Shown here: one piece after another, positions 21,701-33,122 of the stretch
Layout of the letters: each line of letters starts with the position of its first letter
How positions within the stretch are numbered: the stretch's first letter is position 1
Assembly (NCBI GenBank): GCA_964187785.1
Contig: OZ076418.1
Coordinates: forward strand, 45,322,001-45,386,000
Direction: 5' to 3'
Source of the DNA: Amphiscolops sp. MND2022
Taxonomy: Eukaryota
Length of the DNA stretch: 64,000 nucleotides
Position numbers and translations under genes: made by a program
The notes under the pieces: generated by a model
What the model saw: only the letters and a program-made list of their open reading frames with translations
The model's database searches: none
Told to the model about the DNA's origin: nothing

Positions 21701-24700
21701 TTCCCTTTCCAAATGTGAAACAGTTGAGTAAAATTTATAAAAATAGCGAGATGAATGCTGCAGCAAATAGATGATTTCGCAAGCTTGTAGATCACGTGTT
21801 AGCCTGGGTATCACGCCAATGATTAAAAAATATTTAGTGGTTCTTGGATCATATCCCGAGCTTTTGTTCATCTCAAAACACGCAACTTTTTCACTAGGAA
21901 AAACTAAAATTACTTTGAGTCATGAAATTTTTGGAACGTGGAGTTCGTCGGTCGAGACATCACTTAGGCAAAAACTTTTTATGCAACTTTTTTTGAATAC
22001 TGTTACAACAGAAAACTTCCAAGTAGAGACCTTTCAAGTTGAAAAAGAGACTTTTTTCCAATTAGGAATATCACAAAATCCCGAATTCATGACTTTCAGT
22101 TCATGACTTCGTTCCTAAAAAGTCGCAAAGTGCCAAAATTAGCCAAAAATGTGATCCTTAAAACTTTAAACTGAAAACCGTTTTCCTTGACAGAAAACCT
22201 CAAGCAACCGACACTTTTTACGACTTTTCATACTCACGTTTTTTCTCAATTTTTTGGATAACATTTCCTCGCCAAGTTTTACAGCGACTAAAAAATCTCC
22301 AACAGCCCTCTATGCTTCTTGTCTGCTAAAAGTAATTGGGGCTCCTCTTTAAAAATTTTGAAAAAGGTGACAGCGTGCAGAGAACAGGACAAAGGGTCTA
22401 CCGTCTACCTTTGCAAGCATCTATCTAAAAATGATGCGGCGCGGAACTCGAACTTTTTGGTTCGTATATCTATTTATGCTTTTAGAGAAGTCGAGTTAAC
22501 CCCTAAAACAAATGGAAAGTACTTTTCGGCTCAACTGGCATCAGTAATTTTTGACAGAAAATGGTAGAAGAAAAGGAAAAAGATATCATGCTAATTCTCA
22601 AGAAAACGGAAACGGAAAATGAACAACTTTGGACGAGGATACCCGCGATAGGATCTCACTTTCGCAAATGACATGAAATGCCACCAAAGTTGTTTTTCTC
22701 GACATTTTGCTGGCCAATTTTGGAGACAAAAACATGTTTCTCACAAGGATTTAGTTGCGTTCTCATTTCAACACACTTTCCGTTTTTCGTTAAATCAGTG
22801 ATGCCTCTCAATTCACGTGGATTCCCTGGTTCGAACAGCTTGAACTTATTACAAGTTTTTATAGGTTACCAAGCTACTTTTTCATGATTTTATAAAAATC
22901 TCAACGAAAATTCCTTGTAATAAACGTTCACTGATTCAATTTAATTCTATCAAACTGCCTTCAAGATGTCTCTTGAATTTGGCGGCAATTACGAGCCTCA
23001 AACATTTGAAGGTTTCATTAAGCAGCAATTCCAATCTAAAGCGACTGAGACCTTCTGAATTTCATTCTGATTTCAATGCAAATAAACTTCAGTCACATTA
23101 ATTTTCAAAGTAGCGGCATATGCAGCGTACTTTTTGACTAACAGTGATTACATAAGTTACTTACTTGAGAAAACTTAGCGTGAAAATAAAGTGATCGCGA
23201 CTGTGATGGAGTGATTTTTTTCAGTGTTTAATGAAATAATGGAAGCTGCTTCGTAATCCTACAAAATTGTTCCATGCATGCTCCCTCATATTTGTAAAAA
23301 ATCATGTTTTGTAAAAAATAGTCTGTATGTTTCCAGGAAAGGTGTAAAAAGTTCAGGCAATCTCGACTATTGCTCAAATTAACTAACGGGCAACACTGAA
23401 GTATACTTGAGTGTTGCCCGTTAGTTAATGCGAGCCCTAGTAGCGGAACACTAGTGAAGTTTTATGGAATGAGAACACGTCTAACTCCTTAAGGAAAAAA
23501 TCAAAAGTGTTCAAAATCAAAAAGAAAAATTAAACGCCTCCCACATGTCAAGGGAAACTTTTCACTAACAAAATGTCCAAGACACCCACTTGAATGAAAT
23601 CGGTAAAATCATCTATATATGATTAGGGGAAGATTCTAATGCTCAAGCGCATATCTTCCTTCTTCACGAGGAAACAAATAAATTTAACCTACAATTTATG
23701 GGCACGATTTTTGTGGAATTCTACTGAAGCGTCATTTAATGAATTTTGTCTCTTCCAGAGATTATTTTTTAGTAAAATATCTTTGATATCTGTTTGAATG
23801 AGTTGTGTGTGGTCACTTTTTCCCAATGAATGTAGCAATTATCCAAATACTTTGCAGCAAATATTAAGTTGCTAGAAATGAGACGCTTGACGATCTACTC
23901 TCACGGAATCAGCAAATTAGTCTGACAAATAATTACCCCGACAACCAAATAGTGAGTAGGTAGCAACGTTTTTCATCTGAGTATTTGAGACAATTATTCT
24001 TCAGGTTTGCTGTACAGATTTATGGTATAAAAATGGGAAATTTGGTAGAATTTCCCAAATTGTAACGACTCAATTTAAGATGGAAGGAAGCGAAACATTA
24101 ATGTCAGAACTAGCGTTTCTAGTTGTGGTCGGAGGACCGTCAAAATCCATGTTCATCACATGAGAAGAACCACTGTTCTACTCTTTAGGTCGAGCAACAT
24201 TATTCAGAAGTAGCGTCCTAGAAGGAGGAATGATAGCCAAATGATTGAAACAATTGTGATTTTTAGTCAGCGCATTTTAGTAGAAAATGTGCCCGACTAT
24301 TATAGTGGGTAGTTTTTTTTAGACACGAAAGGTCCACTTTTTTGTTCATTTGTTCAACACCCTCAAACCTCAACAACTTCAAACCTCAACAACTCCAACC
24401 TCAGAAGCGCGTCCAAAACGAAAAGAAAAAAACAAAACAGACGTCCACAACCTCAAAAACACACTAAAGATCCCACCTTAGCCCCACTTTTTTTCGGCAC
24501 TATGCGACTTTTTTTGAAGTTTTTTGGATTGCACCAGAGGGTCCCCCCTTCATTTGCTTCGATATTTTGCAACACAATGGATGTCAAAAAATCGCAAAGG
24601 GTCCCCCCTTTTACATTTTTCGGCACTGTGACACTGTTCAAAAATCTCATTCAAAAATTTTTTTGGGAAATTTTTTCATGTCTCCAAAGGGTCCCCCCTT

Positions 24701-26977
24701 CATTTTTTTAAAATTTTTTGCAACCAGCTAGAGTTTCACAAAGCCCGAAGGGTCCCCCTTTTAAATTTTGAGCCTTAGATATGGCGCCGACTTTGGCCGT
24801 TCTCGGCTTGTTTGACATTTTTCGAACATATAATTTTCGATCATGAAAAGTTCGCCCCCATGAAAATAATTTTGTTGCAGTTTTCGGTTTTGAAAACTGT
24901 CTCGGGAGAACCAACGGGTCTCGAAGTCACGAGATTCCAAACTGATAAACAATGCATCAAAGTAATCCTTCTTGTCGGTCGGCTTAATGACTTTTCGGCT
25001 CAATAACCTGTCACAGTAAAGAACCATTTCCTACTCACATTACAGTTTTTGCCTTGCACGTACATAAAGATCCATTTCAGTTCCCCACTTAATTGGCTCG
25101 TGCGACTCGCCGAATCACGGTAGGACTGGAAATTTGTATAGTGGGCTTTACACTAAGCTTCCAGGTACGCTCAAAGTGGCCTGGACTGGTAATCCCGAAG
25201 ACTGCAGCAGAGAAATTCTGAACCTAAGTCCTCATGCAGAGGGCTGGGCATTGAGTCAAGACGGAACCGAATGTATAGGGATCGAACCCCCCGATGACAC
25301 GGGTTTTGTTGGCTATGAAAGAGTAAAGAGTTCTAATCCTCCGAAGCAGTTTTGCACATTTGGTTAGTAACATGATTTTTTCCTCACCAAATGCCGCACT
25401 TGCAAGAAAAGAGGGACCTTGAGAAAGTTCTCGAAGAAGGTTGTAAATCATTGTCTACATTCGAGCATTTATACAGGGTGCCACCTCAGTAATTGATTCT
25501 CGAAAAATTTTGGGGACCAAATGTTCAAATGTGGTATTACAGAATTTATGACACTTTAATATGTCACTGTTTCTTCAAAATCGGATCATAAATATTGCAA
25601 ATAACAAAATGTTTTGTTCAGACAATGAATGCATAGCAGAATTCGCTATTTCTGGGTCCAGAATGGTTGATTCTCTCCACAATTCCGCTCAATTAGTGGG
25701 CTCAGCTACCACTATGCATCAGTGTGCTTCAATGGTAAAGGGTGCAAGCACTTCTGCTTACATGGCTACAATGGACAACCCTTTTCATCCCAATTCAACA
25801 GATGGTGACTACAACTGTTACGCAATCACAGAAGGTTCTTCCAACAACAAAATCATAATACCAGATACAACGTACCAGAGCTGCTTTTTGAAAGGTACCC
25901 GGGAATACATTTTTAGTCGGCGCATTTTCTTTTAAAGCAAAAATGCCCGAATCTTACCATCTTTTTCCCCAGACCACAGACCTCACACTGATCGGTCCAC
26001 CTTTTACAGAAACTACTAAAACTACTGAGGCCAAGTCCCACCAGCTGAAACTTAGTGCAAAGGGTCTCCCTTTCAACTTTTTACTTTTCAAATGTTGCTC
26101 ACAAAACCGGACGAGACTAAAGGGTCAACCCCCTTTCAATCGAGATTTTTTTGAAATTTTTTGTCTTCAAAGTGTCTCTCTTCAATTTTATTGAAGTCTC
26201 CCCTCGTAATATCCGAATTGAAACACTAGATCCGAACTTTTGGCATTGTATCCGAACTATATTGCGTTTTATTGAGGAGAAGGCGGAGGTTCGAAAAACC
26301 GAAATGGCACACCGGAGGGAATAGTTTTGATTTGGGCAAGGTTTTTGAGGCAAGTTTCTATTCAGTGGTTAGCCCTGGTTTTTTGGTATGGGTAACTTCA
26401 AGTTTTTGAACACTGCAGCAGAATTCGTAAAACTATAACATTTTCAATCAGGTTTTTTCAAATTGGAATTTTGAGGATACGGCAAACCCAATCCCGAGAC
26501 AAGTTCTACCGAAAGCATGAAAAGCGCGGGAAAATGCCTGATAATTGGTACAGTTGACAAACTGCCCACGAATACTCGCAGGATTTAGCTGATTCCTGTC
26601 GCTACTTCCAACAAGATCCCCGCAAGACCTCGTCAAGATCTCATCAACAACTCCAATTTGCCACATGCCTGAGAATACTAAGGTATTGGTGGTTATACCT
26701 TGTTCACACCTTTTTAAATACCTTTTCAGATAGAAACTATTGTCAATTGGGATCATCAGTCAAGGGAGCATATGCCAAGGGGATGAAATACCCAGAGCAA
26801 TTGAGCCTATATCGTTTCACGGGAATAAGCATGAAGCAGTGCTTCGAACTGCTGAAGGAACATGTGGGAAACAGGCAGGGAATCACGGTTGACTATCCCG
26901 ACGAAGCGTGTCAGGTGGCTGCCAGTCGAACAGTTGTGCCGGTAACACAAAATGTATCCAAACTATCCAGTTCCTAA
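15720..26977 (+). CDS. Host multi-exon gene (5' incomplete): extracellular protein with galactose-binding-like module, FN3-like repeats and Cys-rich PAN/apple-like modules
   Basis: Exons 15720..15926, 16426..about 16802, 17070..17922, 18105..18419, 20374..20762, 21522..21648, 25081..25362, 25622..25894, 26730..(26940 or 26977). Seven of eight junctions are phase-matched GT-AG, mostly phase 1. FN3 signatures VEVSW..LIPGSFY and LLPGTTY. Confidence 0.7.
18870..18990. repeat. Cluster of degenerate CTTGGCAAGA/TCTTGCCAAG 10-mers
   Basis: Repeated aagatcttgccaagatcttgg-type units; same motif as at 19738, 27480 and 31500. Confidence 0.75.
19738..19876. repeat. 139-bp near-perfect palindrome
   Basis: 69-bp arms with 2 mismatches around a 1-nt centre at 19807. 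Confidence 0.9.
23378..23429. repeat. 52-bp palindrome
   Basis: attaactaacgggcaacact-g-aagtatactt-g-agtgttgcccgttagttaat; a single G/G mismatch. Confidence 0.85.
24430..24812 (+). repeat. Interspersed SINE-like family copy
   Basis: Internal aaagggtccccccttc repeats and tail gccttagatatggcgccgactttggccgttctcggcttg, shared with the copies at 45876 and 62500; partial copy near 26060..26230. Confidence 0.65.
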
Positions 26978-28215
26978 AGTTTCAACCACAACTTTTTGCT
27001 TCCTATCAAAACTCTTCCGGGCAAAATTTCCTGTCCTGAACGAATTGTTTAGGAATTCCTAAAATTTAAATAAAAAGTACTGAAAAAGAGTTCTTTTTAT
27101 CAATATCGTATATAAGTAACTTTTCAAGACTTGAAAAATGGTGTTTTCCGGTACATATTCCTGAATAACATGAAAAGATGGTCTCAAAAACGGTTTACAA
27201 ATTTCAAAATCAACTTTTTCAAATACCAGAACATCCACTATCAGCACCTACATTTTGTTTTTTGTTTGTAAAAAATACATTTCTGGGGTTGAACGCTCTT
27301 TGCAGAAAATTTAGAAAAAAATCATTCCATGAAATGAAAATTGTTTCGAACGTCATAGAAAAGTTTCCACTGTTAAAACTGAATGGTTTTTCATTCACAG
27401 ATGGACGCATGCATTTTTGGTTAGTACTTCACTTTAATCAATTCCTAGTTAGCATGACTAAACCACCCAGTGACACGAATCTTGGTAGCCTTGCCAAGAT
27501 CTTGGAAAAACATGGAAACGCATGGTAGGCTTACCAAGACGCATGGAAAAACATGATGCATGCTACGCTTGGTAAGATCTTGGCAAGATCTTGGCAAGAT
27601 CTTGACAAGCGTTCCATGTGGAAATGCTTGCCAAGATCATGGCAAGATCTTATCAAGATCTTGGCAAGCAAATGATATGAAGATCTCTTCTTCAGAAAAA
27701 CTGAAAAAAACTTGTTTAACCCAATCTAATTGTCATTACATTTAGAAGAATTATGTTGCGCATATCAAATATGATGGCAACATCTTAACAAGGCTAGAAG
27801 AACTAATTCTAAGTCAAAAAACGCAGTTTACGATCTACTCTAGGTATCGTTACACCTTGAACCAAAGTCAATATGAATTAAGGATGTACCTAGAACGTTC
27901 CTAGAAACAAATCAGAGAGGGGAAGCTATAATTATCGCAAAGTTATTGGAACATTCAAGCTTTTTCCAGATCAACACTACTGTTTTCGAGCATCGCAATT
28001 TTTGTTTTTTACGTAGTTTTTCATGTTTCATGTTTTGAAATGTTTCCAGGTACATGCGACAACTTCAGCATTGTCCCCTGTAGTGCTTGAACTGCTCAGA
28101 TCTCGAAGACTGCCATCATAACTCAACTCAACACAATTGTTTTTCGGGCTCTTGCAGATACTCTTCCATGTCGGGCGATGTTCGAGTTAAAAATGACAGT
28201 TTCGTTTGCATGCCT

Positions 28216-28695
28216 TTAGTATATGCTTGATATACATTCTGAGTGGCTGTTTTGGCGTGCTGTGAGAGTTTCGAAATGGTTTCGAAAGTTTCGAAATGAG
28301 AGTTTCTTTGCGCGCTCTGACGCTATTTTTGTTTTGGGATTGTGACAAGCAGATGCGCTGCCGATGATCGATCCGGGTACTCGATGGCCTTCCAAGATGT
28401 TAAAATCTTTATGCTGGAAAATTTCCGTGGCGTTTTCAATAGGATTCTTTTTTGCTATAATGTGGCACTTAGTAATGTGGTATTCAAACGCTGGGCCGTG
28501 TTCAGCTAGAGTTTCGTGGAGTCGATGTAGATCTTTCAGTATCCTTACGGCGTTTCCGTCGTCGGCGTACCACTTCTGGACTCTATCGGTGTTCTCTAGT
28601 AACTTCACAAGTGGCAAAATGGCAATTCCACGCGTTGCCTTTGCAACAGGATCACCTTGAGTTGTTCTGCCAAAACCCGTGAAGTTATATGGCAA
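28216..28695 (-). pseudogene. CRE/R2-type non-LTR reverse transcriptase fragment
   Basis: TTQGDP..AILPLVK..WYADD..L..HGP.F.Y matches RT motifs 4-6 as seen in CRE-clade elements. Confidence 0.75.
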
Positions 28696-31110
28696 AACCC
28701 GTAGGCCTGGCAGAGTCTTTGAAACCTTTGACTAGTTCGATTTTTCTCGTTTGCAATTTTTTCATTGTTCTCTTTTGCTTTCTTCTCATTGCGAATGATT
28801 TGCTTCTCCACTTTGTAGAAATTTTGGAAAATGTGTTCCTAACTCGAGAAAAACGTGCTTCGCAACGCTAGAGCGGAACATTCAAGCTTTTTCCAGATCA
28901 ACACTACTCTTTTCGAGTATCGCCATTTTTTTATGTAGTTCTTCACAATTCATGTTTTCGAATGTTTCCAGGGACACGAAACAACTTATGCAGCCTCGTC
29001 GCCTGTGGTGATTGGACTTCTCGGATCTCAGCGTCTTTCAGCAGTACTCATTATTTGTTGGATGGTAAGTTTCTCTCTTGTTTTTGAAGACGTTTTTTTG
29101 TAAATTGCGTTCCTGCCCAATGGAACCCGTAGGCCTGGCAGAGTCTTTGAAACCTTTGACTAGTTCGATTTTTTTCGTTTGCAAGTTTTTCATTGTTCTC
29201 TTTTGCTTTCTTTTCATTTCGAATGATTTGCTTCTCCACTTCGTAGAAATTTTGGAAAATGTGTTCCTAACTTGAGAAAAACGTGCTTCGCAACGCTAGA
29301 GCGGAACATTCAAGCTTTTTCCAGATCAACACTACTCTTTTCGAATATCGCAATTTTTTTATGTAGTTCTTCACAATTCATGTTTTCGAATGTTTCCAGG
29401 GACACGAAACAACTTATGCAGCCTCGTCGCCTGTGGTGATTGGACTTCTCGGATCTCAGCGTCTTTCAGCAGTACTCATTATTTGTTGGATGGTAAGTTT
29501 CTCTCTTGTTTTTGAAGACGTTTTTTTGTAAATTGCGTTCCTGCCCAATGGAACCCGTAGGCCTGGCAGAGTCTTTGAAACCTTTGACTAGTTCGATTTT
29601 TTTCGTTTGCAAGTTTTTCATTGTTCTCTTTTGCTTTCTTTTCATTTCGAATGATTTGCTTCTCCACTTCGTAGAAAATTTGGAAAATGTGTTCCTAACT
29701 TGAGAAAAATGTACTTCGCAACGCTAGAACGGAACATTCAAGCTTTTTCCAGATCAACAACTACTCTTTTCGAGTATCGCATTTTTTTATGTAGTTCTTC
29801 ACAATTCATGTTTTCGAATGTTTCCAGGGACACGAAACAACTTATGCAGCCTCGTCGCCTGTGGTGATTGGACTTCTCGGATCTCAGCGTCTTTCAGCAG
29901 TACTCATTATTTGTTGGATGGTAAGTTTCTCTCTTGTTTTTGAAGACGTTTTTTTGTAAATTGCGTTCCTGCCCAATGGAACCCGTAGGCCTGGTAGAGT
30001 CTTTGAAACCTTTGACTAGTTCGATTTTTTTCGTTTGCAAGTTTTTCATTGTTCTCTTTTGCTTTCTTTTCATTTCGAATGATTTGCTTCTCCACTTCGT
30101 AGAAATTTTGGAAAATGTGTTCCTAACTTGAGAAAAACGTGCTTCGCAACGCTAGAGCGGAACATTCAAGCTTTTTCCAGATCAACACTACTCTTTTCGA
30201 ATATCGCAATTTTTTTATGTAGTTCTTCACAATTCATGTTTTCGAATGTTTCCAGGGACACGAAACAACTTATGCAGCCTCGTCGCCTGTGGTGATTGGA
30301 CTTCTCGGATCTCAGCGTCTTTCAGCAGTACTCATTATTTGTTGGATGGTAAGTTTCTCTCTTGTTTTTGAAGACGTTTTTTTGTAAATTGCGTTCCTGC
30401 CCAATGGAACCCGTAGGCCTGGCAGAGTCTTTGAAACCTTTGACTAGTTCGATTTTTTTCGTTTGCAAGTTTTTCATTGTTCTCTTTTGCTTTCTTTTCA
30501 TTTCGAATGATTTGCTTCTCCACTTCGTAGAAAATTTGGAAAATGTGTTCCTAACTTGAGAAAAATGTACTTCGCAACGCTAGAACGGAACATTCAAGCT
30601 TTTTCCAGATCAACAACTACTCTTTTCGAGTATCGCATTTTTTTATGTAGTTCTTCACAATTCATGTTTTCGAATGTTTCCAGGGACACGAAACAACTTA
30701 TGCAGCCTCGTCGCCTGTGGTGATTGGACTTCTCGGATCTCAGCGTCTTTCAGCAGTACTCATTATTTGTTGGATGGTAAGTTTCTCTCTTGTTTTTGAA
30801 GACGTTTTTTTGTAAATTGCGTTCCTGCCCAATGGAACCCGTAGGCCTGGCAGAGTCTTTGAAACCTTTGACTAGTTCGATTTTTTTCGTTTGCAAGTTT
30901 TTCATTGTTCTCTTTTGCTTTCTTTTCATTTCGAATGATTTGCTTCTCCACTTCGTAGAAAATTTGGAAAATGTGTTCCTAACTTGAGAAAAATGTACTT
31001 CGCAACGCTAGAACGGAACATTCAAGCTTTTTCCAGATCAACAACTACTCTTTTCGAGTATCGCATTTTTTTATGTAGTTCTTCACAATTCATGTTTTGA
31101 AATATTTCCA
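28693..31110. repeat. 428-bp tandem array, about 5.6 units
   Basis: Near-identical ORFs recur at 28811, 29239, 29667, 30095, 30523 and 30951 (period 428). Confidence 0.95.
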
Positions 31111-32578
31111 GGTACATGCGACAACTTCAGCATCGTCCCCTGTAGTGCTTGAACTGCTCAGATCTCGAAGACTGCCATCAGAACTCATTCTTTGTTTAAT
31201 GGATAATATATCTCCAGCTTTCGAAGTTTTGCAAATTGTGTTGCTGTCCGTGGAAGAAACAAACTCCATTTGTCAAACTTTCGCATGATTTTCCAATTTT
31301 CTTTGGTGCTGCAACTACAATACTTACTGTTATAATATTTGAAAATCGAAACAATTAAATTTTGGTTATTCCAGTTTTCGAAAATATTCAATATAAAATC
31401 TCAAATGGCTCAAAAACACACGTAGAACGTATTAAGCTTTGCAAGTTACAACGAAAATCTTGGAATGCTTTGCAAAATGCATGAAAAAATCCTGGTTGGA
31501 TTGGCAAGATGGATAGAAAAATCTTGGTATGCTTGGCAAGACACATGGAAAAGCTTGGTAAGATACATGGAAAATCTTGGTACGCTTGGTAAGACGCATG
31601 GTCAGCCTTGCCATGATCTTGCATGATCATGGTAGCCTTGGTAAGATCTTGGCAAGATCTTGCCAAGATCTTGGCAAGCATACCCATGCATCTTGGCAAG
31701 CGTGCCAAGATTCGTGTCACTGGGCAAGCATAATCGCAGATTCATGATCAAAACTATACTCATTCAAACCCAGTCAAGGCAACACTTCAAAATTCCAAAA
31801 CAAATTGTTCACGAGAATTGGCGTTTCGTGTTCCTAACTAATCCATAATCAACCGTTCATGCTCATCAATAACATCATTAGTAACAATTCCAGCCATTTT
31901 GTCGTTCAATACTTTGAGACAATTTAGTGCATGTTATGAAAAATTCTCCCATGGAAAGAATTTTAAGTTGCGAAATGAAAAATGTTGACATGATACTTAA
32001 CTATCGTTTGTTCATTTCAGATGGGCCCTTCTTCTTATAATGTCACTATTCACCCATTCGGCCGATTTCTTGAAATCAAACAAACTAGCCAAAGAAGCAA
32101 TTTTATGGAAAAAACTTTAATCGTGATGTTGAAAATCTTTACTTGAAAAAAAATGAATATTCGACTTGCTTATATTAAAAACAAATTAGCAAAGTTTTTG
32201 ATGTCTCTTACAATTGTATTTTTTCTTCCCAAAAAGTGTAACACGGTTATAATTCAATTCAAGTATTTCTATTTTATCAACTTCGGATGTTAATGAATTA
32301 CATTTAGATTGCAACCTTTGCCTATCACACTGATGTTATCTAACATTGTCGGTGGTAGGTTGTAATGCCAAACAATAATGATGCAGAATAAATTTATCCC
32401 AAAACCGAATCGATTCTTTAATTGCGATTGGTCGCTCCGTTCGACAGTGGATGATAGTTAGCACTTTTCGTTGTCCAATCAGATTTGAGATTGGCTTTAC
32501 ATCTATTCGTTTTTCTTGAAGCTCCGGCTACCACCATTGTCAATTGGAAGCACGTTTGTACCGTTGCTTCAGCTGTAC

Positions 32579-33122
32579 GGGATGCAGGTCATTTCTCCTA
32601 ATGCCATTTCGCCTAAAAATTTAGTTGAGTCATTTCGCCTAAGAAAATTAGGCGAAATGACCAAACGGGAATAACGTCTAAATAATCATGTTTCGAAAAA
32701 GGCTTTCTGAAAGCGAAAATATCAAAATGTGGGGCATATGCGGTGTATGCACACTCGCCCTCACCGTCGCAAAGACCAGCTCCCACTACGATCGCTTCGC
32801 GATCTCCGTTCCCGCTAGGTCTTTGCTCCTGTTCGACCTCGCTTAGCAAGATGGAACATAAGCGGCCCCAAGGGGCCGCGGGGCACTAGAAGGAATGGGA
32901 CATATCCGAGGCACGTTTTCTATTTTATATCACTTTTTAGTTTTAGATCTTAAACGATTTATTTGTTTTCCAATTTCATGTGTTTTTCACGTTTCTGAAA
33001 AAAAATTAGGCGAAGTGACCAAAGTAAAAGACGTTTCGCCTAAAAAAATTAGGCGAAGTGACCAAACACGTTAGGCGAAATGACTTTAGGCGAAATGGCA
33101 TTAGGCGAAATGACCATTTCCC
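32579..33122. mobile_element. MITE-like element with TTCGCCTAA subterminal repeats
   Basis: Imperfect TIRs (GGGA..GGTCATTT / AAATGACC..TCCC); GCTGTAC duplicated at 32572..32578 and 33123..33129; many internal ttcgcctaa/ttaggcgaa units. Confidence 0.7.

Larger units (their letters stand above)
27466..31724. mobile_element. Non-autonomous TIR element, CACTA/EnSpm (CMC)-like
   Basis: Perfect 20-bp TIR CCCAGTGACACGAATCTTGG, extending to about 35 bp; 2-bp flanking duplication CA; subterminal arrays of 10-mer repeats in both orientations; no transposase seen. Confidence 0.75.

Noticed and set aside
28693-31110. CRISPR array or genuine tandem 62/65-aa genes
   Set aside because: Units are near-identical 428-mers without unique spacers or cas genes; the ORFs start at non-ATG codons and are repeat by-products.
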